A DNA stretch of 64,000 nucleotides from Candidatus Eiseniibacteriota bacterium (GCA_963717935.1 CAVQXP010000002.1:397539-461538), one strand, 5' to 3'. Shown: positions 50,893 to 64,000, counted from the stretch's first letter. The notes: generated by a model from the letters alone, not told the origin. Made by a program: numbers and translations.

Positions 50893-53394
50893 ATGTTCCT
50901 CCTGGATTCCTCGCCACCCGTTCGGCGTGAGTCCGCCCGCCGTGTCGTGGTCCTCTTCTCCCTCATCCTCCTCGTGATGGGTGCCTCGGCTGCGATCGCT
51001 CGAATCGCCGCCGCCGACCCGCTCTTCGCCGTGCAGTTCCTCTCCTTTGACACGGGGAGCAATCCCTACTCCGTGGCGATCGGGGACCTGAACGGGGACG
51101 GGAACGCCGACCTGGCGACGGCGAACTCCAACTCCGGCACCGTCTCGGTGCTGCTCGGCAACGGCGACGGGAGCTTCGGGGCGAAGACCGACTTCGACGT
51201 GGGGAGCGGTCCCTACTTTGTGGCGATCGGGGACCTGAACGGGGACGGGAAGGCCGACCTGGCGACGGCGAACCACGGCTCCGCCACCGTCTCGGTGCTG
51301 CTCGGCAACGGCGACGGGACCTTCGGGGCGAAGACCGACTACGGGACGGGGAGCTCTCCCTCCTCCGTGGCGATTGGGGACCTGAACAGGGACGGGAAGG
51401 CCGACCTGGCGACGGCGAACTACAGCGACAGCACGGTGTCGGTGCTGCTCGGCAACGGCCATGGGACCTTCAGGGCGAAGGCCGACTTCGTGGCGGGCAA
51501 CGGTCCCTCCTCCGTGGCGATCGGGGACCTGAACGGGGACGGGAAGGCCGACCTGGCGACGGCGAACGCCGACTCCAGCACGGTCTCGGTGCTGCTCGGC
51601 AACGGCGACGGGACCTTCGGGACGATGACCGACTTCTGGGTGGGGAGCGGTCCCCGCTGCGTGGCAATCGGGGACCTGAACGGGGACGGGAAGGCCGACC
51701 TGGCGACGGCGAACTCGAACTCCGGCACGGTGTCGGTGCTGCTCGGCAACGGCGACGGGACCTTCGGGGTGAAGACCGACTTCGGGACGGGGAACTGGCC
51801 CCGCTCCGTGGCGATCGGGGACCTCAACGGGGACGGACGACCCGACCTGGCGGTGGCGAACTACTTCAGCACGGTGTCGGTGCTGCTCGGCAACGGTGAC
51901 GGGAGTTTCGGGGCGAAGACCGACTTCGGGGCGGGGATGTATCCCTCCTCCGTGGCAATCGGGGATCTGAACGGCGACGGGAACGCTGACCTGGCCACGG
52001 CGAATGACGAATCCAGCACGGTGTCGGTGCTGCTCGGCAACGGCGACGGGAGCTTCGGGGCGAAGACCGATTTCGGGACGGGGATCTATCCCTACTCCGT
52101 GGCGATCGGGGACCTGGACGGGGACGGAAACTCCGACCTGGCGGTGGCGAACCTCAATTCCAACACGGTGTCGGTGTTGCTCGGCGACGGCGACGGGAGC
52201 TTCGGGACGAAGACCGATTTTGCGACGGGGAGCGGTCCCATCTCCGTGGCGATCGGGGACCTGAACGGGGACGGCAGACCCGATCTGGCGACGGCGAACA
52301 ACTATTCCAGCAAGGTGTCGGTGCTGCTCGGCAACGGCGACGGGACCTTCGGGGCGAAGACGGACTACGGGACGGGGAGCGCTCCCTTCTCCGTGGCGAT
52401 CGGGGATCTGAACGGGGATGGGAAGGCCGACCTGGCGGTGGCGAACTTCAACTCCAGCACGGTGTCGGTGCTGCTCGGCAACGGCGACGGGACCTTTGGG
52501 GCGAAGACCGACTTCGGGGTGGGGAGCGATCCTGCCTCCGTGGCGATCGGGGACCTGAACGGGGACGGGAAGGCCGACCTGGCGGTGGCGAACTTCAACT
52601 CCAGCACGGTGTCGGTGCTGCTCGGCAACGGCGACGGGAGCTTCGGGGCGAAGACGGACTTCAACGTGGGGAGCTCTCCCTCCTCCGTGGCAATCGGGGA
52701 CCTGAACGGGGACGGGAAGGCCGACCTGGCGGTGGCGAACAGGGTCTCCTGGAGCGCCTCGGTGCTGCTCGGCAACGGCGACGGGAGCTTCGGGGCAAAG
52801 ACCGACTTCGCGACGGGGTACCTTCCCTGCTTGGTGGCGATCGGGGACCTGAACGGGGACGGGAAGGCCGACCTGGCGACGGCGAACTACTCCAACACGG
52901 TCTCGGTGCTGCTCGGCGACGGCGACGGGACCTTCGGGGCGAAGACCGACTTCGGGGTGGGGAGCAATCCCTCCTCCGTGGCGATCGGGGACCTGAACGG
53001 GGACGGGAGACCCGACCTGGCGACGGCGAACCTCAATTCCAACACGGTCTCGGTGCTGGTCAACATCGGTACCAGCACCGCCGGTGCCGGCCCGGCGACG
53101 TTGTCCCCTCCGCGGACCTTCCAACTCCTGGCGCCGAGGCCGAATCCCTCGCGTGGGACGAGCGAGATCCGATTCCTGCTGCCCTCGGCGTGCACGGCAG
53201 AGGTGGCCCTGTTCGACCTCGCCGGTCGCAAGGTGCGGTCGTTGGGGGGCGGTGAGCGCCTGACCCCGGGCGAGCACAGCATCCGCTGGGACGGGCGGGA
53301 TGGCTCCGGCGCTCCCGTGCGTGACGGCGTCTATCTCGTGCGAGTGCGCGCCGGGGGCAGCGTCGGGGTGGGGAGGTTGGTCGTCCTGCGATAA
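50893..53394 (+). CDS. VCBS/FG-GAP-like repeat protein (14 x ~49 aa) with an FlgD-Ig CTD
   Basis: P.SVAIGDLNGDGKADLATAN..TVSVLLGNGDGTFGAKTDF repeats; CTD PNP..FDLAGR..WDGRD.SG..GVY. Confidence 0.92.
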   Translation: MFLLDSSPPVRRESARRVVVLFSLILLVMGASAAIARIAAADPLFAVQFLSFDTGSNPYSVAIGDLNGDGNADLATANSNSGTVSVLLGNGDGSFGAKTDFDVGSGPYFVAIGDLNGDGKADLATANHGSATVSVLLGNGDGTFGAKTDYGTGSSPSSVAIGDLNRDGKADLATANYSDSTVSVLLGNGHGTFRAKADFVAGNGPSSVAIGDLNGDGKADLATANADSSTVSVLLGNGDGTFGTMTDFWVGSGPRCVAIGDLNGDGKADLATANSNSGTVSVLLGNGDGTFGVKTDFGTGNWPRSVAIGDLNGDGRPDLAVANYFSTVSVLLGNGDGSFGAKTDFGAGMYPSSVAIGDLNGDGNADLATANDESSTVSVLLGNGDGSFGAKTDFGTGIYPYSVAIGDLDGDGNSDLAVANLNSNTVSVLLGDGDGSFGTKTDFATGSGPISVAIGDLNGDGRPDLATANNYSSKVSVLLGNGDGTFGAKTDYGTGSAPFSVAIGDLNGDGKADLAVANFNSSTVSVLLGNGDGTFGAKTDFGVGSDPASVAIGDLNGDGKADLAVANFNSSTVSVLLGNGDGSFGAKTDFNVGSSPSSVAIGDLNGDGKADLAVANRVSWSASVLLGNGDGSFGAKTDFATGYLPCLVAIGDLNGDGKADLATANYSNTVSVLLGDGDGTFGAKTDFGVGSNPSSVAIGDLNGDGRPDLATANLNSNTVSVLVNIGTSTAGAGPATLSPPRTFQLLAPRPNPSRGTSEIRFLLPSACTAEVALFDLAGRKVRSLGGGERLTPGEHSIRWDGRDGSGAPVRDGVYLVRVRAGGSVGVGRLVVLR

Positions 53395-53412
53395 GGAAAC
53401 ACGCCTGGCGTC

Positions 53413-53916
53413 TTACCCCGTCACGGCCCGGGCCTTCAGCACGCGGTAGCGCCGCGCGGGCGGCTCGGCCGGTGACCAGGCCTCGCCGTGCACGGGGTCG
53501 CGCACGCTGAGGAACGCGAAGCGTCGCATCCCGCGGTCGGCCGAGAGCAGCTCGCGCACGCCGTGCTCGCGCAGCAGCACCGCGGTCTCGAACCCGGGCG
53601 GCACGCCGGATCCCGGCGGGAGGGAGGCGAGCACCTCGGCCAGCGTCGCGGCGTGCGCCTCGGTGGGGCCGAGCAGCCGCAGCGAGCGGCTGGCGAGCAG
53701 TGCCTCGACGAAGGCCCAGGCGTCGGCGGGGGCGAGCGCGCGCGCCACGGCGTGCGGGTGCGTGACCAGGCGCAGGAATTCGTGGACCACCGACCAGGGC
53801 AGGGCCCACGGAGTCTCGCCGTTGGCCAGCGTCTCGACCACGCGCGCGGCCCGCGCGTGCTCGGGGGCGTGGCGGTTGGCGGCGTAGGCCAGCAAGCTGG
53901 TGTCGAGCGCGCGCAT
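53413..53916 (-). CDS. vapC: VapC-type PIN-domain toxin
   Basis: LDTSLLAYA.N...PEH, W..PW.VVHEFLRLVTHP, REHGV...SADR..RRF. Confidence 0.85.
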   Translation of the reverse strand: MRALDTSLLAYAANRHAPEHARAARVVETLANGETPWALPWSVVHEFLRLVTHPHAVARALAPADAWAFVEALLASRSLRLLGPTEAHAATLAEVLASLPPGSGVPPGFETAVLLREHGVRELLSADRGMRRFAFLSVRDPVHGEAWSPAEPPARRYRVLKARAVTG

Positions 53917-54167
53917 CAGCGCTCTTCGGGCTCGCCGGGACGCGAGACCAGCGCGCCGAAGGTCTCGCGCCGGGCCGGGTCCACCAGGAACGGCCCCAGC
54001 TCGTAGGAGGGCAGTGCCACGCGGCCTCGCCGGCCCGAGGCCAGGGTCTCGAGGCCCAGGCGCAGGGCCCGCTCGACCACGTCGGAGAGTGTGCGGCCCT
54101 CGTCGGCCGCGCGCTTCTTGAGCCGGGCGTAGAGGTTCGGGTCGAGCACCAGCGTGGTCCGTTTCAT
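53916..54167 (-). CDS. vapB: VapB-type RHH antitoxin
   Basis: MKRTTLVLD..L...LK.RAA.EGRTLSDVVERALR; overlaps the vapC start. Confidence 0.85.
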   Translation of the reverse strand: MKRTTLVLDPNLYARLKKRAADEGRTLSDVVERALRLGLETLASGRRGRVALPSYELGPFLVDPARRETFGALVSRPGEPEER

Positions 54168-54297
54168 GTGCGAAAGCATACCTCATGAAGACCGCGGTCG
54201 TCACGGGCGCGTTTTCGCTTGAGCGCCGCGCGCGGCTCGGGCACAATCCCCCGCGTCCTTCCACCGTGCCGACCGACCTGCCTCCCGAGGAGAACCC

Positions 54298-55599
<1,302 letters not shown>

Positions 55600-55691
55600 G
55601 GCGCACGCCGCAGCTCGAGCGGTCGCACGCGGCCCCGGCCCCCCGGCCGGGGCCGTTTGCCTGCGGGCCGCGCGGCCCGTACCGTCCGCCC

Positions 55692-56862
55692 ATGCTCTCG
55701 CGCCGCGTGCCGCACGATCTCGAGCCCAACGCCTGGGCCCGGCTCCTCGAGGAGCGCCGCGCTGCGGGTGCGCGGCTGCTCGACCTGTCCGAGACGAACC
55801 CGACGCGCGTCGGGCTGGGCGGCGCGGGCCCCGACGAACTGGCGGCGCTGGCGCGGGCCGAGGGCGCCCGCTACGAGCCCGACCCGCGCGGCAGCCGGGC
55901 GGCGCGCGAGGCGGTGGCGGGCTACTACGCGGAGCGGGGCGCGGCCGTGTCGCCCGAGCACCTCGTGCTGACGGCGAGCACGAGCGAGTCCTACGCGCAC
56001 CTGTTCCGCCTGCTCGCCGACCCGGGCGGGGTGTTCCTGGTGCCCGCGCCGTCCTACCCGCTCTTCGAGCCGCTCGCCGCGCTCGAAGGCGTGAGCCTGC
56101 GGCCCTACCGGCTGGCCTACGACGGCGCCTGGCACCTCGATCGGCACTCGCTCGAGCAGGCCTTCGCCGACGACGTGCGCGGCGTGATCGTGGTGCAGCC
56201 CAACCACCCGACCGGCTCGTGCCTCGACGCGGACGAGCGCGCGCTGCTCGAGACGCTCTGCGAGCGCCACGGGGCGGCGCTGCTCGCGGACGAGGTCTTC
56301 GGCGACTTCCCGCGCCCGGGCCGCGTCGCGCCGCTGCCGAGCCTGGTGGGCGCGGCGCGCGTGCCGACCTTCGTGCTGAGCGGGCTCTCCAAGGTCTGCG
56401 GGATGCCGCAGATGAAGCTGGGCTGGATCGTGGCGGGCGGCCCGGGGCCGGCGCGCGCCGAGGCCCTGCGCGGGCTCGAGTGGATCGCGGACCTGTTCCT
56501 CTCGGTCTCGACTCCGGTGCAGGTGGCGCTGCCGACGCTGCTCGCGGCGCGCGGGCCGTTCCAGCGGCGCGTGCGCGCGCGGCTCGCGCAGAACCTCGCG
56601 CGGCTCGACGGCCTGGTCGCGCGCCGCCCGGAGCTGGGCGTGCTCGCGGCGCGAGGGCGGCTGGGGCGCGGTGCTGCGGGTGCCCCGCCTGCGCAGCGAG
56701 GAGGAGTGGGCGCTCGGGCTGCTGGCCCGCGACGTGGTGGTGCATCCCGGGCACTTCTACGACTTCGACGGCGAGGGCTACCTGGTGCTCAGCCTGATCC
56801 CCGAGCCCGACCTGTTCGCCGCGGGCCTGGCGCGCATCGAGGAGTTCGCGGGGGAGGCATGA
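55692..56862 (+). CDS. PLP-dependent aminotransferase class I/II (frameshift ~56650)
   Basis: DLSETNP, PSYPLFE, QPNHPTG, ADEVF, SGLSK..GMPQMKLGW, VVHPGHFYD. Confidence 0.88.
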
Positions 56863-57676
56863 GCCCGGGCCGTCTCCGGCCGCGCGCGTTCGGCTGCGGC
56901 GGGCGCCACGTCCGACCGGAGTACAAGCGGTCTGTATTGGCGCTCTTGGCATCCGCGAGATCTCATAGTTACCCGTCGCGCGTCGGCTGACACAGGAGCG
57001 CCAGACAGCGGGGGCCTGGAGCCGCGACTACGGCAACGGGGTGCGTGATCTGACGATGCGTGCGCACGCGCCCGACGCGGCTGTGGAGCCTCGCGAGGAG
57101 TCTGCGAGATTCCCATTGACACGACCGATGTCTTGAGCACCGTGCGAATCGGCCGCCCGGTTTGCGATTATCACACGGCCCTACGCCACGTGGTCGGCCG
57201 ACTCGCACCGATACTCTCTGCTTCATTCCAGCCCCTGGAGATGTCATGACGCTCGGCCGCGGTGTCGTGCTGATCGCCGACAAGTAGACATCGAAGCCAT
57301 CGTGTGGAGACATCCCAGACGCCGCGAGACGATGACACGCTTTCTGGCGCGACTACGAGCGGTGAGCCGCCGCGGTGTCGGCGGGGCGTTAGTGTTCCGC
57401 GGCGAGAACACGCGGGTGCCTGAAGTGCGGTGGATGACTGCGGATACCGTGAAGATGATGGGGTGCGTCCAGGTGATACAGAGGCTTGCATTGTACTATG
57501 AAGACGGCGCCTGTATTCGGGATGTGACGTCCTGCCCGGACATGCTCCGACCGTCTGGCGGCGAGGTGTATATCAACGTGTACTTGCGACCCGTCGGCTT
57601 TCAAGACGAGCGGCTCGTGCTTCCGGACAGCGCTGGTGATCAGATGTTCAACAGGAGGCGTGTGGTAGTGCGGTAG
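56859..57676 (+). pseudogene. Low-GC hypothetical gene broken into several frames (3' part 57302-57676 open)
   Basis: Successive coding-like segments in shifting frames; GC visibly below the flanks; no recognisable motif. Confidence 0.4.
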
Positions 57677-57809
57677 TCGCCCGCGGACGTGGAGTGTCCC
57701 CATTCTTGGGGCCACCGGCAGGGGCGGGGTCCGGCGGGCCGCGGCGCGGGAACGGAACGCCCGCGGGGCTCGGGGCCCCGCGGGCGTCGGTGCGACGGGC
57801 CGGCCGGCG

Positions 57810-60281
<2,472 letters not shown>

Positions 60282-60546
60282 GAACGCTCCTTCGGCTGGA
60301 CTTGAGCCACCCGGCATGCGCCGGAGGGGGTTTCACCGGCAGGGAGGCGCAAGGGTCAGCGCTCGAGCGTCGCCCGGTCGGTGGAGCGATTCGGCGCTCC
60401 CGCCCGGCTCGCCCGCGATGCACGGGTCAGCCAGGGACGGAAGGACGGCGCAATGTAACCGAGGCCCGGTGGGTGAGCAACCGCGGAAACGCCGGGGCGA
60501 CAAGCAGCGAACCGGCTGGCGCGGCGCGGTGTAGGAAGAGCTGCCA

Positions 60547-61212
60547 GTGACCGAGTGCCGATCCCACATCCCCGAGCCCGCCCGCCGGGTGCCCGCCACC
60601 CGCCGAGGTTCCATGCTCCCTGTGCGTCCCGTTTCGACCGAGTCCAGCGCGCTGGCCGACCTCTGGGCCGACCTGCGCCGCGTGGCCGACTCGCTCGGCG
60701 TGCCCGAACGGGGCGTGCAGCTGATCACGCGCCTGCGGACCCGGATCGAGGCCGTCGCGCTGCGCGCGGCGCAGCAACCCCGGCGCCCGCGCGTGGCCTG
60801 CCTCGTGGGGCTGGACCCGCCCGCCGCCGCCGGGGGCTGGATCTCGGAACTCGTCGCGCTGGCCGGGGGCGAGGACGTCCTGGGCGCGCCCGGGGCCGGG
60901 CCGCGCGCGCTGGCGGCGGAGGATCTCGAGCGCGCCGACCCGGACGTCATCGTCCTCGCGCCGGCCGGGATGGATCTGCCGGCCGCACTGGTCGCGGCTC
61001 GCTCGCTCGCGTCGCGGCCCGGCTGGCGGATGTCGCGCGCGGCGCGCGCGGGCCAGGCCCACGTGGCGGACGGGGCGGCGCTCTTCGGGCGCCCGGGGCC
61101 GCAGGTCGCCGAGGCCCTCGAGACCCTGGCCGAGATGCTGCACCCCGCCGCGTTCCGCTTCGGCCACGAGGGCAGGACCTGGACGCGCCTGGAGGGCGGC
61201 TCCGGCACCTGA
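60547..61212 (+). CDS. BtuF/TroA-like substrate-binding protein, N-terminally degenerate
   Basis: RPRVACL...DP...AGGWISELVALAGG, DPDVIVLAP.G, F.RPGP...ALE.LAE.LHP. Confidence 0.7.
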   Translation: MTECRSHIPEPARRVPATRRGSMLPVRPVSTESSALADLWADLRRVADSLGVPERGVQLITRLRTRIEAVALRAAQQPRRPRVACLVGLDPPAAAGGWISELVALAGGEDVLGAPGAGPRALAAEDLERADPDVIVLAPAGMDLPAALVAARSLASRPGWRMSRAARAGQAHVADGAALFGRPGPQVAEALETLAEMLHPAAFRFGHEGRTWTRLEGGSGT

Positions 61213-61287
61213 CGTCGCGCGGGGCGTGTGCTAGGGTGCCCGCGCTCTGCGCGCCGCGCCGCACCGGTCAGCCCGAGGCACCCCGTC

Positions 61288-61830
61288 ATGCCGACCTCCG
61301 AGCACTGGCAGATCCCCTGGATCGTGGACCTCATCGTCCGCGAGCAGCCGGCGAGCGTGCTCGATCTGGGCGCGGGCTACGGCAAGTACGGCGTGCTGAC
61401 GCGCGAATACGCGGCCCCCGCGCGCCTGGACGCGGTGGACGCCAACCCGCCGCGCTATCCGGTCTACGATCACGTCTACCTCGGTGACCTGCGCGAGCTC
61501 GAGCGGCTGCTCCCCGCGGACGCGCCGCGCTACGACCTGGCGCTCTTCGTCGACGCGATCGAGCACCTGGAGAAGGCCGAGGCGTGGGTGCTGCTCGAGG
61601 CGCTCACGCGCCGCGCACGTCGCGTGCTCGTCGCCACGCCCTGGGGCTTCCGCCCGCAGGAGGTCCCGGGCCAGCCCTACGAGACCCACCGCTCCGGCTG
61701 GTACCCGTGGGAGTTCGCGGCCCGCTTCCGCGTGCGCGCCTGGCGCGTGTTCCCCGGCCACCTCACGAAGCACCTGCGCCTGCCGCGCCTGTGGCAGCTC
61801 GTGGTGTTGCTGGAGGCAAGGGAAGGGTAG
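61288..61830 (+). CDS. Class I SAM-dependent methyltransferase
   Basis: VLDLGAGYGKYG, DAIEHLEK, ATP, E.HRSGW. Confidence 0.85.
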   Translation: MPTSEHWQIPWIVDLIVREQPASVLDLGAGYGKYGVLTREYAAPARLDAVDANPPRYPVYDHVYLGDLRELERLLPADAPRYDLALFVDAIEHLEKAEAWVLLEALTRRARRVLVATPWGFRPQEVPGQPYETHRSGWYPWEFAARFRVRAWRVFPGHLTKHLRLPRLWQLVVLLEAREG

Positions 61831-61864
61831 GGCAGGACGTGGTCGCGTCCCGGCGCCGCGCGGC

Positions 61865-63634
61865 TCAGCGTCTTGTCGCCAGCGCGCGCCTGGCGCTGTC
61901 GCGGAGCGCGGCGGAACGCCTCAGCCAGTGCGCGGCGCTGGCCGTGTCGCCGAGCCGGGCGTAGCACACGGCGGCGTTGTGCGCGTAGTCGTAGGCGCCG
62001 GGATCCACGCTCGCGAGCGCCAGGAACCCCTGCAGGGCGGCGTCCCACTCGCCCGACTCCGCGAAGATCGTCGCGAGCTCGTTCTCACCTGCCAGCCAGA
62101 CCGGGTTCCGGGCCAGATCCGCCGGCACCGCGCCCGCGTCGCGAGTGAACTCGATCAAGCCCAGACCGTCGTTGGCGGCGAAGAAGTAGTCCCGTCCTTC
62201 GGCCTCCGCGGACCGCGGCGCGTAGTCGGTGAAGTAGCCTCCTCGAACGGTCGTGTCCCCGTACCAGACCCTCAGGGTCGGCGAATCGCCTGGTCCCGAG
62301 ACCAGGCCCATGCTGCCGGGCAGGTTGGCGAGGTAGATTCGCGAGTGGCTCGGGATGCGCGGATGGAGCCGACGGAGCTCGGCGCGCAGCGTGCGCGCCA
62401 GGAGGGCGCTGCGGCGCTGATAGGCCTCGGTGCCCAGGTCCTCCGTAAGCGTGCGCGTGTGCGCTGGCCGCACCAGGGCGACGGCGGCGATGAGCGCGAC
62501 GGCGATGCGCGGCCGCGCCGTCAGCCCGACAGCCAGTGCCAGCCACGCGCCCAGCGCCCCGAGGAGCCCGTAGTAGGCGCGCCAGCCCAGCGACGGCATG
62601 ACCATGGGCAGCCAGCCGGCGACCAGCCAGATCGCCCCGAACAGCATGAGCCGCCCGGGATGCCGAGGCCGTGTCGGCTGTCCCGGGCCATCGGTGGGGT
62701 CGTGGGCTGCGAGGGCCCAGGTCGCGAAGCCGGCCAGGATCAGTGCGGTGACCACTCCGACGAGCAACGCCGGGCCCCAACCGCCCTGCGGTTCGAACCC
62801 GCGCTCGAGGTTGACGAGGGACAGAAGGTGGGCACCGTCCGCCCAGGAGAGCGGTGGATGCGGCCCCGGGGTGAAGGTCGTCGGGTTGGTCTGCCAGAGT
62901 CGCCCTCCGAGGGACGGGTGGAGCAGCGCCCAGGCCCCGCCGACGACGAAGGACGGCCAGATCCGGCTCCACGCCGCCGTCGGGGTCAGGCGCTCCCACA
63001 GGAGATGGAGCGACAACGCCACGAGGGGCAGCACGGCCGCGGTTTCCTTGCTGAGCAGCGCGAGCGCGAAGAGGGTGGCGGCCCACCACCGGCACCGGCC
63101 CGCGCAGGCATGCAGGTAGGCCAGGCCGAACAGCAACATCCATAGGTCCTGCGACCCGCTGCCCCACACCAGCAGCACACCCCATGCCGCCATCGCGGCC
63201 GCGCCGCTCGTGGCGACGGCCGCGACCCGCGTGCCCGCGAGCCGACGCACGAAGGTGAAGTAGAGAGCGGCGACGACGAGCCAGAGAGCCAGATTGGCGA
63301 CGTGGAAGAGCCCGCCCTCCAGGCCGAAGGCGCGCTCGAGGGTCCAGAAGTGGAGCTCGCGCGACCAGGGGCGGAAATAGCCGGAGACCGGGTTCGCCGG
63401 CCTCCAGAGATTCGCGAGCCACGCGCCCCGGAGTTCGTCGAGGTAGAAGTAGTCGTCGTTGGCGAACGGCAGCCCGAGGGTGTCCGCGTAGCCCAGGGCC
63501 CAGAGCGCCGCGAGCGCGACCAGCAGGGCGAGGACGCCCGGCGGGGCGGGCCGGCGCGACGAAGGCCAGGTCGGGCCCGCGCGGGGGGCGCGGGGGACGG
63601 CGGGCCGGGATCGAATCCTGTCGTGCTTGGCCAT
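61865..63634 (-). CDS. Polytopic membrane protein (GT-C/ArnT-PMT-like) with a C-terminal TPR
   Basis: F..DDY, YFRP, FHVANL, ALLSKETA, RAYY; C-terminal TPR-like helices. Confidence 0.75.
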   Translation of the reverse strand: MAKHDRIRSRPAVPRAPRAGPTWPSSRRPAPPGVLALLVALAALWALGYADTLGLPFANDDYFYLDELRGAWLANLWRPANPVSGYFRPWSRELHFWTLERAFGLEGGLFHVANLALWLVVAALYFTFVRRLAGTRVAAVATSGAAAMAAWGVLLVWGSGSQDLWMLLFGLAYLHACAGRCRWWAATLFALALLSKETAAVLPLVALSLHLLWERLTPTAAWSRIWPSFVVGGAWALLHPSLGGRLWQTNPTTFTPGPHPPLSWADGAHLLSLVNLERGFEPQGGWGPALLVGVVTALILAGFATWALAAHDPTDGPGQPTRPRHPGRLMLFGAIWLVAGWLPMVMPSLGWRAYYGLLGALGAWLALAVGLTARPRIAVALIAAVALVRPAHTRTLTEDLGTEAYQRRSALLARTLRAELRRLHPRIPSHSRIYLANLPGSMGLVSGPGDSPTLRVWYGDTTVRGGYFTDYAPRSAEAEGRDYFFAANDGLGLIEFTRDAGAVPADLARNPVWLAGENELATIFAESGEWDAALQGFLALASVDPGAYDYAHNAAVCYARLGDTASAAHWLRRSAALRDSARRALATRR

Positions 63635-63896
63635 GAGCACCGGATGTTAGCAGTGGCCCTGGCCGTCGTCACAGCCCGGGCTGCTGCCGAGAGGACGCGG
63701 GTCGCCCCGGCCTGATCATCCCGGCCGGGCATTGCCCGATTCCCCGACCTGATGCATCATAGCCCGCCGTGACCCGCCAGGGAGGCGGGCACGCAGGCGC
63801 GGCGTCCCTGTCGCCGGCCTGCTGCGGGGCGCAAGCCTTCGCCTGCGGTCAGTCCGCGAGGCGCCCTTTCCCAGGCAGGGAGGCTCTCTGACGCGC

Positions 63897-64000
63897 ATGG
63901 CTTCCAAGACCCTCTCCGCCCGGCTGCAGCTCAGGATCGTCGGCCTCCTGCTGGCGGCCTTCGCCGTGCTCTCGCTCATGAGCGTGGCCACCTGGCGGGA
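63897..64000 (+). CDS. 5' end of a probable membrane sensor (kinase/HAMP-type), partial
   Basis: MASKTLSARLQLRIVGLLLAAFAVLSLMSVATWR (basic segment then TM); GGGAGG upstream. Confidence 0.45.
   Translation, partial: MASKTLSARLQLRIVGLLLAAFAVLSLMSVATWR

Noticed and set aside
37800..53050. Regular DNA repeats resembling a CRISPR array or DGR template/variable repeats
   Set aside because: The repeats are in-frame protein repeats without unique spacers; there is no cas gene or reverse transcriptase in the window
40561..53277. Very long antisense ORFs (40561-44529, 44349-49322, 50743-53277) and similar shadow ORFs elsewhere
   Set aside because: They are mirror frames of GC-rich repeat genes; the translations are Arg/Pro/Val-rich with no motifs
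54200..54297. SAH or SAM riboswitch upstream of ahcY (also checked upstream of metK)
   Set aside because: No recognisable consensus; the intergenic regions are short
60300..60560. Possible cobalamin riboswitch upstream of the BtuF-like gene
   Set aside because: No B12-box or other conserved core elements recognised
63740..63896. GC-rich leader with hairpins, vaguely like a c-di-GMP riboswitch
   Set aside because: Lacks the GGCAAA/GAAA tetraloop-receptor signature; such stems are expected at this GC content

Overview
GC-rich diderm (LPS-making) bacterial chromosome segment. The gene styles (FlgD/T9SS-like C-terminal domains, a TWGxLKxxYR tail, a TPR-sigma54 activator) suggest an FCB-associated candidate lineage such as Eisenbacteria; this is an inference. 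Many essential genes carry single-base frameshifts, most likely long-read consensus errors. 1-27 kb is housekeeping: sdhA, an eIF2B-like isomerase, otsB, a fused radical SAM gene, rne/rng, rplU-rpmA, kdsB-pyrG-kdsA-kdsC-kdsD, lptC-lptB-rpoN-hpf-hprK, a full mannose-type PTS, ptsH-ptsI, PGI/PMI, a nucleotidyltransferase and metK. About 27-54 kb is an accessory block between metK and ahcY. It holds an M16 peptidase pair, a low-GC TPR-AAA+ sigma54 activator with a palindromic operator and structured leader, an ene-reductase and a lipoprotein TonB-CTD. It also holds six secreted beta-propeller proteins (five with a T9SS/FlgD-like CTD, one with a short TTWGKLKSLYR tail), an orphan wbpB-like gene and vapBC. 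54-64 kb: ahcY, an aminotransferase, a fragmented low-GC ORF, a K+-independent membrane pyrophosphatase, a BtuF-like protein, a methyltransferase, a GT-C-like membrane protein and the start of a probable sensor. No tRNA, rRNA, CRISPR array or transposase was recognised.
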